NCBI GenBank assembly: GCA_963719505.1
Contig: CAVRCF010000003.1
Location: forward strand, 192,001 to 256,000
Source: Halobacteriovoraceae bacterium
GTDB lineage: Bacteria > Bdellovibrionota > Bacteriovoracia > Bacteriovoracales > Bacteriovoracaceae
DNA: 64,000 nucleotides
Direction: 5' to 3'
Positions 28,716 through 39,417 of this stretch are shown here, one piece after another (the stretch's first letter is position 1; every line of letters begins with the position of its first letter). The position numbers and the translations under genes are program-made. The notes under the pieces were generated by a model, which saw only the letters and a list, made by a program, of their open reading frames with translations, was not told where the DNA came from and searched no databases.

Positions 28716-30036
28716 TAATCTTTCGATAAAAACTAAACGAAATTATTCCTGCCGCAATATTTGAAATCGCCATTGAAAAAATCACAGGATGATCCATTTC
28801 TAAAAAATCAAATATATAGTACAGAGGAGTAAAGAAAATAAGTGTTCTTAAAGAAATCATCACTAGGGCCACAATTGGTTTGTCGATGGCATTTAAAAAG
28901 GAATTAATAACGATCACAAAAGAGTATCCACAAAGAGTGAAAGAGATATAGAAGAGAAAATCTTTTGCATAATCCATCGCTTTTGTATCATTTGAAAAAA
29001 TATTTGTAATTGGGTCTGACAAAAGAGTGAGGATAATAATTTGAACAAGTCCATAAAAAAGACAAAACTTTAAAGAGCTTAAAACAGTCTCTTTGACTCT
29101 ATCCAGTTTTTGCTTTCCAAAATTCTGACCTATAATAGGACCGATGGCCACCGAAAGGGCAAGAACTGGAATCATCGTGAAAAACTGAATTTTTGTTCCA
29201 ACTCCAAAACCCGCGACAAAGTCAGTGCTTCTTGTGGAGAGAAAAAAGTTTCCAATACTTAAGGCAATAGGATTAAGGGCATTTGAAACAGCAGCCGGCG
29301 CTGCAATCGAGGTTATCTTTTTAAGGGGATCAAAGGCTTTTTTCGTCAATTCAGATAGGGGGGCAAAAAACTTATACTTAAAGGCAGCAAGAGAGAACTC
29401 TGCTATCAAAGCACAAAGGTTTGCAAACATTGTGGCAATTCCGGCCCCTTCAATCCCTAAAGCCGGAATGAAAGCCAGCCCGAAGATGAGAAGAGGATCC
29501 AGAGCAGTATTAACAATCGTGGCCAAAATAATGGAATAGCTTTGAACCTTTGTAATACCATGGGCTCTGTATGTTCCCGCTATGCAAAGAGAGCACATCC
29601 TAAAGCCCATCCCGATATAGGCATAAACCATGTATTCATTTATATAAACCAGCTGCTGTGTTGTTGCTCCCAGTAAGGAGAAAAGTGGATCAATCGTAAA
29701 AATTCCAAGCGTACTTAAAAAAAATGCAGATGAGAAGCCAACCAAAATGGAAACCGTAGAGGCCCTTTTGACTTCACTTTCTCTTCCAGATCCAAGCATC
29801 CTTGATAAAACCGAATTAACGCCAATGGCAAAACCAATAGAGAGGTTTAATAAAATCATGACCACCGGATAAGAGAACGAAATCGCTGTCAGTTGCTCAA
29901 TTCCCAAAAGAGAGATGAAATAGGTGTCAATGATGTTAAAAGACATATTCGCCGCAATACCGATGGCCATAGGAAGGGCCAAGGAGAACAGATGCTTTCT
30001 TATGCTGCCTTCAGTGAGGCTGGTTGTATGAGAGAT
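28699..30036 (-). CDS. MATE-family efflux transporter
   Basis: LTEGSIRKHL..LALPM, IIDTYFIS.LG, LDPLLIFG...GIEGAGIAT; frame extends to an ATC preceded by AAGGA. Confidence 0.9.
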   Translation of the reverse strand: MSHTTSLTEGSIRKHLFSLALPMAIGIAANMSFNIIDTYFISLLGIEQLTAISFSYPVVMILLNLSIGFAIGVNSVLSRMLGSGRESEVKRASTVSILVGFSSAFFLSTLGIFTIDPLFSLLGATTQQLVYINEYMVYAYIGMGFRMCSLCIAGTYRAHGITKVQSYSIILATIVNTALDPLLIFGLAFIPALGIEGAGIATMFANLCALIAEFSLAAFKYKFFAPLSELTKKAFDPLKKITSIAAPAAVSNALNPIALSIGNFFLSTRSTDFVAGFGVGTKIQFFTMIPVLALSVAIGPIIGQNFGKQKLDRVKETVLSSLKFCLFYGLVQIIILTLLSDPITNIFSNDTKAMDYAKDFLFYISFTLCGYSFVIVINSFLNAIDKPIVALVMISLRTLIFFTPLYYIFDFLEMDHPVIFSMAISNIAAGIISFSFYRKIINQRG

Positions 30037-30164
30037 GGTTTTGTCCTTTATGAGGGGGATTTAATTAAATGTTTAGAGAACTTCTCATTTTTTTTCAAAG
30101 TTTAAAAGATGTAAAAACATAGACATGTTTTAATTATGACGTTGTTAATCAAAAAGGAGACTAT

Positions 30165-30824
30165 ATGAAAATCTTGAACACTTTATTTGTATTTGCAATT
30201 TCAGCAGTCTTTTCATTCGCCAATGCGGGCTTTTCAACCGCTAGTGATGGAGAGTTTGCTACGATCTCAGGAAAAGTGACTAAAGTTGGTCCAGATGCCT
30301 TTTATCTCATGTCTAAGGGAAAAAGAATGTTGGTTGAGATGGATGACTACGATTGGGATGCCGACGGGTATAAACTCAAAGTTGGAGACTCTGTCGTGGT
30401 AAATGGTAAAGTCGATAAGGACTTTATGGAAAAAAGAAAGCTGGAAGCGGGAAGTGTCTATGTTAAGAACATAAATGCTTATTTTTACGCCAATTCAGAT
30501 GATGAAGAAGGAGCACCTTTTCTCAATGCGAGTTACTACACAATGGACACCATTCCAGAGAATACGTCTTTGGATATCCAAGGTAGAGTTGTCGCTATTA
30601 GTGGAAGAGAGCTGGTCGTTGATACAGGCCTTAAGAAGATAAAAGTTGATACGGGAAATCTCATCTATAATCCTTTAGATGATAAAGGTTTCACTCAGAT
30701 TGATCTCAATGACAGGGTAAGAATCTCTGGAATCGTTGACGACTCTTTCTTTAGTGGAAAATCACTTTCTGCCAATTTTGTCGCGGAACTACCCACAACG
30801 AAAAAACAGGTGTATTCCGAATAA
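30165..30824 (+). CDS. Secreted protein with two OB-fold-like (YdeI/BOF-like) repeats
   Basis: Signal peptide; two G.V...V.V.G.VD..F....L.A repeats. Confidence 0.7.
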   Translation: MKILNTLFVFAISAVFSFANAGFSTASDGEFATISGKVTKVGPDAFYLMSKGKRMLVEMDDYDWDADGYKLKVGDSVVVNGKVDKDFMEKRKLEAGSVYVKNINAYFYANSDDEEGAPFLNASYYTMDTIPENTSLDIQGRVVAISGRELVVDTGLKKIKVDTGNLIYNPLDDKGFTQIDLNDRVRISGIVDDSFFSGKSLSANFVAELPTTKKQVYSE

Positions 30825-30853
30825 AAACTTTGAATTAAAACCAATTTAACCTT

Positions 30854-30880
30854 AGCCCCTATTTGATTAGGGGCTTTTTT
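30854..30880 (+). terminator. Rho-independent terminator
   Basis: agcccct-N8-aggggct plus a T-run. Confidence 0.75.
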
Positions 30881-30909
30881 GTGTGTAGTATTTCTTTACT
30901 GGAGAAATC

Positions 30910-31890
30910 ATGAAAACTTGTCTTATCTTATCCCTTTTATCGTTTTTAAGTTTTGGGGCCACGAAATATAATGCTGAGCTTGATGGGTATGATTATCCAT
31001 TTAAAGTTGAGAGTTTTAAGTTTAGCTCTCAAAATCAAGATTTAAAAATGGCTTATATGGACCTTAAGCCTGAGAAAGTAAATAAAGATAAAGTCGTTGT
31101 TCTTTTGCATGGAAAGAATTTTGCGGGTTACTATTTTGAAAGAATAGCAAATGATCTCCAAGATGCTGGTTACAGAGTTATTATTCCCGATCAAATAGGC
31201 TTTGGGAAAAGCTCTAAGGTTAAGGCTTACCAGTTTAGCTTTTATCAATTCGCGTTCAATACAAAACTTCTTATGGACTCTTTAGGAATAGAAAAATTTG
31301 ATGTTGTTGGCCACTCAATGGGGGGGATGCTTGCCACTCATATGACTTACCTCTATCCGAAAACTGTAAACAAACTTATTTTAATTAATCCCATTGGACT
31401 TGAGCCTTATTTAAAATACGTTGAATTTAAAGATCCAGCTTTCTTTTATGATATTGAAAAAAAGAAGACGGCAGCGAAAATGAGAGAGTATCAAAAAAAG
31501 AATTACTATGATGGAAAGTGGAGCGAGCGATACGAGAAGCTTCTGATTCCCCATGTGGGTCAGTTAAATGGTGAGGACTGGGATCTCGTGTCTTGGAATA
31601 GTGCTCTGACTTATGGTCCAATTTTTAATGAAGATATTACAAGTAAGATGAGTGAGATAAAAAATAAAGTTTTTCTCGTTATTGGAACAAGAGACCAAAC
31701 GGGACCTGGGCGATCATGGAAAAAACCAGGAGTGAACCATAAACTTGGTGATTATAAGAAGCTGGCAAAGAGAACATTTAAACGTTTTCCAAGTGCTAAG
31801 CTTTACGAGCTAAAGGGCTTGGGACATATGCCTCAATTTGAAGATTATAAAAAATTCTCTTCAGTTTTCTATCCCATCTTTAACAAGTGA
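30910..31890 (+). CDS. Secreted alpha/beta hydrolase
   Basis: LLHGKNF, PDQIGFGKS, GHSMGG nucleophile elbow, GHMP. Confidence 0.92.
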   Translation: MKTCLILSLLSFLSFGATKYNAELDGYDYPFKVESFKFSSQNQDLKMAYMDLKPEKVNKDKVVVLLHGKNFAGYYFERIANDLQDAGYRVIIPDQIGFGKSSKVKAYQFSFYQFAFNTKLLMDSLGIEKFDVVGHSMGGMLATHMTYLYPKTVNKLILINPIGLEPYLKYVEFKDPAFFYDIEKKKTAAKMREYQKKNYYDGKWSERYEKLLIPHVGQLNGEDWDLVSWNSALTYGPIFNEDITSKMSEIKNKVFLVIGTRDQTGPGRSWKKPGVNHKLGDYKKLAKRTFKRFPSAKLYELKGLGHMPQFEDYKKFSSVFYPIFNK

Positions 31891-31948
31891 AGATAAAAGA
31901 GATAAGTCTATTACCTCTTTTGATCGTTTTAAAGGCTCTAGAGTAGAA

Positions 31949-32380
31949 CTATTCTGTATATTGGTTTGAGTCAAATGACTCTTTAGTGTAGTCGGAGTCG
32001 ACATTGAGTTCATCTAATGTCTCTTGATTCAGATTTCCGGTTGGTCTTAGAGAATTCTTTCTTTGAAAATCTTTAATAGCGGCTCTTGTTCGATATCCCA
32101 AAACACCGTCCATAGCTCCCACGTTATATCCTTGCTCAGCTAGAGATGCCTGTGACTTTCTCACCATATCATTTGTCGTTTTCACGTAATCCGTTTTATA
32201 AGCTTTGGTCTTGGCCCTAATAGGTTCAACCACCTCACGTTTTGTCGTTTGAAGGTTTACAGGAGCGGCCTGAGGAGTGACCATTGTTCCGTCGGTGTTG
32301 TTTTCAGTTGGAGCATTCTCCATAGCCGAAAAAGACAGGGTAGAGGCTAAAGAGAGGCTTATAATGATTAGTTTTTTCAT
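31949..32380 (-). CDS. Secreted peptidoglycan-binding (PG_binding_1) protein
   Basis: Signal peptide MKKLII..; Q..L...GY..G..DG.LG..TR.AI..FQ....L..TG.L. Confidence 0.85.
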   Translation of the reverse strand: MKKLIIISLSLASTLSFSAMENAPTENNTDGTMVTPQAAPVNLQTTKREVVEPIRAKTKAYKTDYVKTTNDMVRKSQASLAEQGYNVGAMDGVLGYRTRAAIKDFQRKNSLRPTGNLNQETLDELNVDSDYTKESFDSNQYTE

Positions 32381-32381
32381 T

Positions 32382-32819
32382 TTATTCTCCGAAGGTTTGA
32401 GACTTTTTAACAGGAATTGCAATCCCCATCTTTCTTAAAGTCTCTCTATTTACCGAACCAGTTGGATCGATAGCATATCTTTGCTGGAAGTTTGATAAAG
32501 CCGTGCTTGTTTTTGCATTGAGAACACCATTTATTTCTCCAACATCATATCCTTTGATGTCGAGTTTTATTTGTACCTCTTTCACCAGCTCTGTCGTTAT
32601 GTCGACAAAAGGGTCTTCAGGCTTATTCATAGGATTTGGGTCGTAGTTTTTGGGAACTTCTTGTGGGGTAGATGCTGATCCTTCATAGTTTGGATTTGAT
32701 TTATCGTAGATCGTTGCGGCAACTGCACTCATTGAAACTGTCATGATAACAACTGCGCTTATAGCTTTATAGATTCTCATTTTTTGCTCCTTATGAAAGA
32801 GAGAGGGTGAACTCATCAC
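32382..32819 (-). CDS. Secreted peptidoglycan-binding protein
   Basis: VKEVQ..L...GYD.G.ING.....T..AL..FQ......TG. Confidence 0.85.
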   Translation of the reverse strand: MMSSPSLFHKEQKMRIYKAISAVVIMTVSMSAVAATIYDKSNPNYEGSASTPQEVPKNYDPNPMNKPEDPFVDITTELVKEVQIKLDIKGYDVGEINGVLNAKTSTALSNFQQRYAIDPTGSVNRETLRKMGIAIPVKKSQTFGE

Positions 32820-32853
32820 CCTCCCAACATCATTTATTTTAATTTAAACAATC

Positions 32854-33342
32854 TTACTCGGCATAAGTATCTGAGGCTTCAGGTTTAAAGTTTCTCTCAA
32901 TATTCATTTTCTCTAAAGTTTGTTGGTTGAGGGAACCTGTTGCTGCTAGATTATTTTCTTTTTGAAACTTTGTGATAGCTGCTCGAGTTTTAGCTCCGAT
33001 AATCCCATCGGTTGTACCAGCTGCAAAACCTTTTTGATTGAGTGCTTCTTGTACTCTTTTCACATCATTCATTGAGGTGCGGGCTTCAAGCATCTTCTTA
33101 TCCTGTGATTTTTTAGACCATCTCTCTGTGGATGATGCAGTTGTGTTCACGTCATCATAGCTTCTCATAGGCTTATTCATGGATTCATTTTGAGAGCGAT
33201 TAGAGTTAACGTGATCAGGGCTAGTGTGATAGTTAGAAGCTGATTTGTCTTGATAGCTCCCAGTGCTTCCAGCAAGTGCAGTAGCTGAACCTAAAATCAT
33301 TGTTGTTGTCAGTAGTACATTCATAGCTTTGTTCTTCATCAT
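32854..33342 (-). CDS. Secreted peptidoglycan-binding protein
   Basis: VKRVQEALNQKGF..GT.DG.IG.KTRAAI.KFQ....L..TG.L. Confidence 0.88.
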   Translation of the reverse strand: MMKNKAMNVLLTTTMILGSATALAGSTGSYQDKSASNYHTSPDHVNSNRSQNESMNKPMRSYDDVNTTASSTERWSKKSQDKKMLEARTSMNDVKRVQEALNQKGFAAGTTDGIIGAKTRAAITKFQKENNLAATGSLNQQTLEKMNIERNFKPEASDTYAE

Positions 33343-33471
33343 AATCTCCTTGATTTTTATTATCCATCAAAATGGAAGTTACAAAAATAATAGGAGAGTT
33401 AGCCTGGGAAAACTTCGTTAACCGGTGAAAAGATTGTAAAGAAAATTACAAGTAAAGCGTCTATGTATCTG

Positions 33472-34350
33472 TTATTCGGCTAATTTTGATGAGCTTTCAA
33501 CGGCCAAGATATGGGTTGATGAAGCTATTGACTGGTCTTTTGATGCTAAGATTTGTTTTTCAAAACTTGAGTTGGTTAAATGGTTGGCAACACTTGACCA
33601 CCAAGCGCTATGACTATCGACTGTCTTTTGTGTCGTCCCCATCATTTTGGCTTCGTAGGTAAAACTAAGAGAGCCGTATTTTTTATGAAGAAAGTCTTTC
33701 AGTGTTCCCTTTACACTCTTTCCCCAAAAGTCATGACTTTTTGAATGAATGAGCTCGGTGGAGACATGATTTTTTAAAAGAAGAGAGACCTTTTGATATT
33801 GTTTTTTATAAAAATCTTTTTGGGCTGAAAGCTTTGGAGATAACAGAACTCCACCACAGCAGTGATAGTCTACTGATAAGTAAAGTTTTGCATTTGTTGA
33901 ACTCAACTCATTATCGAGCCAGGTTGCAAAAGTGAAAGTCTCCTGAGCTTGAAGCTTATCCTTTTTAAAGTCTCTATTTAAGTCAGCTCCCAGCATACTG
34001 TGCCTAGATTTTCTAACAACAGCATCAGGGTTTAACTGAGGAATAAGGTAGATCACTCCGTTATTTTTTAAGAATTTTTCAAACTTATTAAGGGCCTTTG
34101 GACTCTTTTGTGCCAAATCAACGAAAGACTTTAGAATACCATTATACTCATTGCCGTGAACGCCTTCGCTAAAGAGAATCGCTTTTTTAGGGCCCTTTTT
34201 AGAACTACTTGAGTCAAAGATCTTATAAGCCGTCAATGAGACACCTTGAAAAGACTTTCCGTAATCAATTCTTTGAAGCTCTAAAGTTGACGCGAGTAGG
34301 TTAGAGGCGATTGTTAAGGTAAATATTAGGATTCTTGTAGAAATCTTCAC
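33472..34350 (-). CDS. M14-family zinc carboxypeptidase, secreted
   Basis: GVHGNE (HxxE), LNPD, DLNRDF, VDYH, catalytic-Glu-like TYE. Confidence 0.85.
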   Translation of the reverse strand: MKISTRILIFTLTIASNLLASTLELQRIDYGKSFQGVSLTAYKIFDSSSSKKGPKKAILFSEGVHGNEYNGILKSFVDLAQKSPKALNKFEKFLKNNGVIYLIPQLNPDAVVRKSRHSMLGADLNRDFKKDKLQAQETFTFATWLDNELSSTNAKLYLSVDYHCCGGVLLSPKLSAQKDFYKKQYQKVSLLLKNHVSTELIHSKSHDFWGKSVKGTLKDFLHKKYGSLSFTYEAKMMGTTQKTVDSHSAWWSSVANHLTNSSFEKQILASKDQSIASSTHILAVESSSKLAE

Positions 34351-34728
34351 ATTTCAATTATACGTGGTCTCCAGATTCATTTAAAGGACAGAAAAATGTT
34401 CTCTGCGTTTTTTTACATTTCTAGTGGCGTTTTGACACCACTGTGACTTGGAGCTAGATGTAAGTTTGAGCGAGAAACTTGACCTAAAGATTGCCCCTTT
34501 GTCTAATCATTGGTCTCTTTTCACAAATGCACCCTAAAGTTACTTTAGTAATCTAAGAAGGTAAGATTTCAGCCCCCGTTGTAAAGCAAAAGCTTGATTT
34601 AATGAAAGGAATCGCTTGATTTTAAATAATGATTGAATTATATATAACCTAGTTAACTAATAACCGGATTATGTATTATCGATCATCTTCTTATCTCTAA
34701 AAAGTTTTTAAAAGTTGTACCAGACTCA

Positions 34729-35121
34729 ATGAGTTTAATTCGCTCTCATATTAGAAAGGCAAGTGAATCGCAGTTAAGTTTTGCAAAATTTAGAATTTTA
34801 TCAAACGTCAATCGAGGCTTAAATACTGTTGGTGAATTAGCTGGGCTGCAGTTTGTCTCTCAGCCGGCTATTTCAAAGTTAGTTGACTCTTTAGTTTGTG
34901 AAAACTATTTGACTCGACATCATAGCAAAGAAGATAGACGGGTCATCGTTTTAAAGTTAACGAGAGAAGGAAAACAAAAATTTCAAAAAGTAAAAAGTGC
35001 AGCGAGTAAAGATTTTAAACCTATTATTGATCTTTTGAGTGAAAAAGAGATTACCAGACTTGAAGAAGCTCTTAGTTGTCTTGAATCTATTTTTGAAAAA
35101 GTACAGGAGAATAAAATTTGA
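34729..35121 (+). CDS. MarR-family transcriptional regulator
   Basis: SQPAISKLVDSL...EDRRV..L.LT..G. Confidence 0.9.
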   Translation: MSLIRSHIRKASESQLSFAKFRILSNVNRGLNTVGELAGLQFVSQPAISKLVDSLVCENYLTRHHSKEDRRVIVLKLTREGKQKFQKVKSAASKDFKPIIDLLSEKEITRLEEALSCLESIFEKVQENKI

Positions 35122-36347
35122 AAAATATCACCTTTATCACTTTACTTGGTTTCACTTGTACTTTATACGCCTCAACATCAGTCAATGACCTCTACTTAAA
35201 ATCACTAAAAGACTCAAAGCAGGTCGAAATATTTAAGCTGACTGAAAAGGGAAGCTTGGCCGAACTTGAAAATAGACGCTCAACTCTTTTCCCTTCTGTA
35301 GATATCGTAAGTACCAATAGATACGGAAATAATGCGGTCAATGCCTTTTCAGATGAGAATGCCGTCGATACCCAGGTGGCTTTAAGTTTGGAGCAAAGAC
35401 TTTTTCAAGGGGGAGCAGAATTCGCTCTCAATGATTATAAGAAAGTCCTTCCAAAACAAGCTGAAGCTTTAAAAGAACAAAACCTCTCTGAATACTACGG
35501 TCAATTTACCTCTCTATACTTTCAAGTGTCTTCAGCGATTGAAGAGAACGAAACCGTTGAAGCTTTACTTAGAAACTTAAAGCAAAGAGTTGCAATCGTT
35601 AAGAAGAGAACAAAAATTGGACGAGATAGAAAGGCAGATCTCTACGCGCTAGAAGCCCAACTCTACAGATTGGAGGCAGACCTTTCAACAACGAAAGCCC
35701 AGCTAAAGTCAGCGAGAACAGAATTCTTGAATTTTTCAGGCTTAGATTCAATTGATGGCATACAGGATAAGGTTAATCCTTTGGCTTTGGAGTTGACTAA
35801 AAACGTCGACTTAGAAAATCGTCCAGATTTAAAGAATTTAAAATTTAACTACGACAGCTCTGTTCTCGAGGCAAAAATTGAAAAGGCCTCTTACTATCCA
35901 CAGGTAGACTTTGGTGCCAATTATTTTCTAGATAAAAGTAACCTCGGTCGAAATGACTGGGAAGTAAGTCTAAATATTCGATTAAATCTTTTAGATTTTG
36001 GTCAACGATCCTCTGCCGTTCAAGGCAGAAGAGTGACAGCAAATATTAATAAAGCTCGGTTTGAGTTTAATAGAATGAATGCAAAGGGTCGTTGGAGTAA
36101 TTTTATCGATAGCTTTAAAGCTAAAAAAAGAGAACTTAAGTCTTTGAGAGCCGCTTTAAAAAAGAGCAGAAATTCTTATGATGAACAGTTAAAAGATTTA
36201 AAACGAGGCCTTGTCACTCAAATTGATGTCATAAGGTCTCTTGACGATGTTATTAGTTTGGAGAAACTCTCTATTAGATCTTCTTTGGAAGTTAAGTCTC
36301 TTTACTATCAAGCAAATGCATATCTTGGGAACTACCCAAAAAGTTAA
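35118..36347 (+). CDS. TolC-family outer membrane efflux protein
   Basis: Signal peptide; two OEP repeats (LFPSVD, YYPQVDF). Confidence 0.88.
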   Translation: MKNITFITLLGFTCTLYASTSVNDLYLKSLKDSKQVEIFKLTEKGSLAELENRRSTLFPSVDIVSTNRYGNNAVNAFSDENAVDTQVALSLEQRLFQGGAEFALNDYKKVLPKQAEALKEQNLSEYYGQFTSLYFQVSSAIEENETVEALLRNLKQRVAIVKKRTKIGRDRKADLYALEAQLYRLEADLSTTKAQLKSARTEFLNFSGLDSIDGIQDKVNPLALELTKNVDLENRPDLKNLKFNYDSSVLEAKIEKASYYPQVDFGANYFLDKSNLGRNDWEVSLNIRLNLLDFGQRSSAVQGRRVTANINKARFEFNRMNAKGRWSNFIDSFKAKKRELKSLRAALKKSRNSYDEQLKDLKRGLVTQIDVIRSLDDVISLEKLSIRSSLEVKSLYYQANAYLGNYPKS

Positions 36348-36360
36348 AAGGTAAATAAAA

Positions 36361-39300
36361 ATGAGTCTGTCGTCACTATCGATTAAAAATCCAGTTTTTG
36401 CTTGGATGTTTATGTTCTCTTTGATTCTTTTTGGAGTTTTGGGATTCTCAAAACTTGGAATAAATGAAAACCCTGATGTGGATTATCCCTCAATCTCAAT
36501 TTCTTATGAATACGAGGGTGCCACACCTGAAGTTGTAGAAAAAGATGTCCTTGAGCCTGTTGAGTCTGTCCTTGTATCGATGCAAGGAATAAAAGATATG
36601 ACATCTACTGCCGGTCGGGGGCAGGGGCGAATTGAACTTGAATTCTCGTTAGATAAAAATATTGATTTTGCCCTTCAAGAAGTTCAGACTCTTTTGGGAA
36701 GAGCTCAAAGAGAACTTCCCGATGCCATAGAAACTCCAACCGTGACAAAGTCAAACGCAGCAGATGATCCAATATTATACTTAGCTTTGGTCTCGACCAA
36801 ACTGAGCGAAAGAGATTTAAATATTCTTTTTAAAGATGGCATCGTTGATCAGTTAACAACTGTCGAGGGTGTTTCTGAAGTTCGTGCGTATGGTGCACGA
36901 GATCCTATGATGAGAGTCGATGTTGTCGCAGAAAAACTTAACCAATACCAGTTAACTCTTTCGGATATTGTTGAGACTCTAGAGAGGGAAAGTGTTGAAC
37001 TTCCTGCAGGTAAATTTGAAACGCCTGAAAAGGAAACGAGTATAAGAGTTCTCGGTGAAGGAAAGACAGTCGACGACTTTAAGAATATGATTATTAGTAG
37101 ACGTGGAGGAAGTCCAAACTTTATTCCTATCACCCTGTCTCAGGTTGCAAATATTTACGCCGGTGTCGAAAATAGAACACGAATTTCCCGAGTGAATGGA
37201 AAGCCTTCATTGTCGATGCCCATCTATAAGCAGCGTGGAGTAAACGCTGTAGAAGTGGCAGATATGGTTAAGGCACGAGTAAAAGAGATAGCTAAAACTT
37301 TACCTGAGGGAACTCAGCTCTCTGTTAATTTTGACAGGACAGCTTTTATTCGCCTCTCTATTGATGAGCTTATTCAAAACTTACTTTTATCAGCCCTGCT
37401 GACGTCAATCGTTTGTTGGGTTTTTCTAAATTCGATTTCAGCAACAATTAACATTTTACTTGCGATCCCGACGGCAATTATAGGGACGTTCGCTTTCATG
37501 TACCTGATGGGATTTACCTTGAATACATTCTCTTTGCTGGGGCTGACTCTGGCCATTGGTATCGTTGTCGATGATGCCATCGTTATGTTAGAAAATATTG
37601 TTCGGTACGCTAAGAAGGGAAATGATAAGGTTCAAGCTGCTTTTAAAGGAAGTAAAGAGATAACCTTTGCCGTTTTGGCAACGACTGCTGTTTTGATCGC
37701 GATCTTTGCCCCCATAACATTAATGCCTGGAATTGAGGGGCGATTCTTCCAAGAATTTGCCTTAACAATTTGTATAGCCGTTAGTTTATCATCTTTGGAA
37801 GCTCTGACTCTTGCTCCGATGAGATGTTCACAGTTTCTCAACGTTGAGTCCAAAGGTATCTTTATTCATCACTGGGTGGATAAGAGTGTGAATATTTCAA
37901 GAACGTTCTACATTAAAGTCTTGAGCTTCTCTCTAAAGAATAGAATAAAAATACTCGTTGTATCTCTAGTCTTCATCGCCGCTTCATTAGTTTCATTAAA
38001 TTTTATCGATAAAGAATTCGCACCAGAAGCAGATAGAAGCTTTATGTTTGTTCTTTTTATCGCGCCAGATGGTAAGAGTTTAGATTATACCGATGCCAAG
38101 GTAAAAGAGTATGAAGCTATTGTTCAGAAGAATGAAAATGTCGAAAGAATGATCGTCGCCGTTGGTGGTGGTCGTGGGGTGACAACTGGAAACAGAGGTT
38201 TTGGCGTTATCATCTTAAAAGATCTTAACGAAAGAAAGAAATCACAGTTTGAAGTCGCCTCAGATCTTCGTGAACAACTATCTGGTATTACGGGTATAAA
38301 AATTATTATTCGAGATAGAATGGGCTCGGCTATTGGTGGTAGGCGCGGTAGTCCAATTGAATTTACAATAACAGGACCAAAACTCTCTGTTCAACAAGAG
38401 TTGTATGAGAAGCTTGAAAAAGAGATGTCTGATTCAAATTTAATGGTTGGTGTTCGCTCAGATGATATTGGACAGTTGCCTGAAGTTCATATTATTCCCA
38501 ACCGTCTTCGTGCCCAACAGCGCGGTGTCGAGATTAGAACAATTGCACAAACATTAAATGTGGGAGTTGGTGGTCTAGCCGCAGCTAAGTACACAGAAGG
38601 GGGAAGACGTTATGATGTCTTCGTTCAACTTGCTGAAGAAGATAGAACAAATGAAAATATTTCATCCTTACTCCTGCAAAATAACAGAGGAGAGTTTGTC
38701 ACTCTTAAAGATGTTGTTAAGATTGAAGATGCTTTCGGTCCTCAATCTATCTACCGTGAAAATAGGGCCAGAGGCATAAGAGTTGATGCAAACCTGGGGA
38801 AAGATGTCCCTCAAAGTAGAGCCGTCGATTTTATAAAAGATCTTGCGGCGAAAGTATTACCTAGTGGATATTATGTGAAGTTCTCAAAGGATCTTAATGA
38901 ATCTCTTTTTGGTATTCTTTTAATTATGTTACTGGGCTTAGTAATCGCTTACATGGTTTTGGCAAGCCAGTTTAACTCTTTCTCTGATCCCATTACCGTT
39001 TTTCTAGCAATTCCTTTTGGACTCAGTGGAGCCTTTATAGCGCTGTGGTTATCTGGGAGTACTTTAAATATTTATTCTATGATCGGAATTCTTCTTACGA
39101 TGGGAATTGTTAAAAAGACTTCTATTCTCATTGTTGAATTTTCAAATCAATTAAGAGAAGAGGGAATGGAGACTTATGATGCCATTGTTAATGCTTGTGA
39201 GACAAGATTTCGTCCTATCATCATGACAACGTTTACAACTTTAGCCTCGGCTGTACCAGCTGCGGTCATTATTGGGGCAGGAAGTGAAACGAGACGACCA

Positions 39301-39417
39301 ATGGCCTTGGTCATTATTGGAGGAGTATTCCTTTCGACTTTATTTACTCTTATCGTCGTTCCTTGTTTCTATTCTTTGATAGCGAGAAAGAGAAGAGTTA
39401 TTTTAGAAGAGGTGTAG
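36361..39417 (+). CDS. RND efflux permease (AcrB/AcrD/AcrF family)
   Basis: 1018 aa; GIVVDDAIVMLENI, TRFRPIIMT. Confidence 0.95.
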   Translation: MSLSSLSIKNPVFAWMFMFSLILFGVLGFSKLGINENPDVDYPSISISYEYEGATPEVVEKDVLEPVESVLVSMQGIKDMTSTAGRGQGRIELEFSLDKNIDFALQEVQTLLGRAQRELPDAIETPTVTKSNAADDPILYLALVSTKLSERDLNILFKDGIVDQLTTVEGVSEVRAYGARDPMMRVDVVAEKLNQYQLTLSDIVETLERESVELPAGKFETPEKETSIRVLGEGKTVDDFKNMIISRRGGSPNFIPITLSQVANIYAGVENRTRISRVNGKPSLSMPIYKQRGVNAVEVADMVKARVKEIAKTLPEGTQLSVNFDRTAFIRLSIDELIQNLLLSALLTSIVCWVFLNSISATINILLAIPTAIIGTFAFMYLMGFTLNTFSLLGLTLAIGIVVDDAIVMLENIVRYAKKGNDKVQAAFKGSKEITFAVLATTAVLIAIFAPITLMPGIEGRFFQEFALTICIAVSLSSLEALTLAPMRCSQFLNVESKGIFIHHWVDKSVNISRTFYIKVLSFSLKNRIKILVVSLVFIAASLVSLNFIDKEFAPEADRSFMFVLFIAPDGKSLDYTDAKVKEYEAIVQKNENVERMIVAVGGGRGVTTGNRGFGVIILKDLNERKKSQFEVASDLREQLSGITGIKIIIRDRMGSAIGGRRGSPIEFTITGPKLSVQQELYEKLEKEMSDSNLMVGVRSDDIGQLPEVHIIPNRLRAQQRGVEIRTIAQTLNVGVGGLAAAKYTEGGRRYDVFVQLAEEDRTNENISSLLLQNNRGEFVTLKDVVKIEDAFGPQSIYRENRARGIRVDANLGKDVPQSRAVDFIKDLAAKVLPSGYYVKFSKDLNESLFGILLIMLLGLVIAYMVLASQFNSFSDPITVFLAIPFGLSGAFIALWLSGSTLNIYSMIGILLTMGIVKKTSILIVEFSNQLREEGMETYDAIVNACETRFRPIIMTTFTTLASAVPAAVIIGAGSETRRPMALVIIGGVFLSTLFTLIVVPCFYSLIARKRRVILEEV

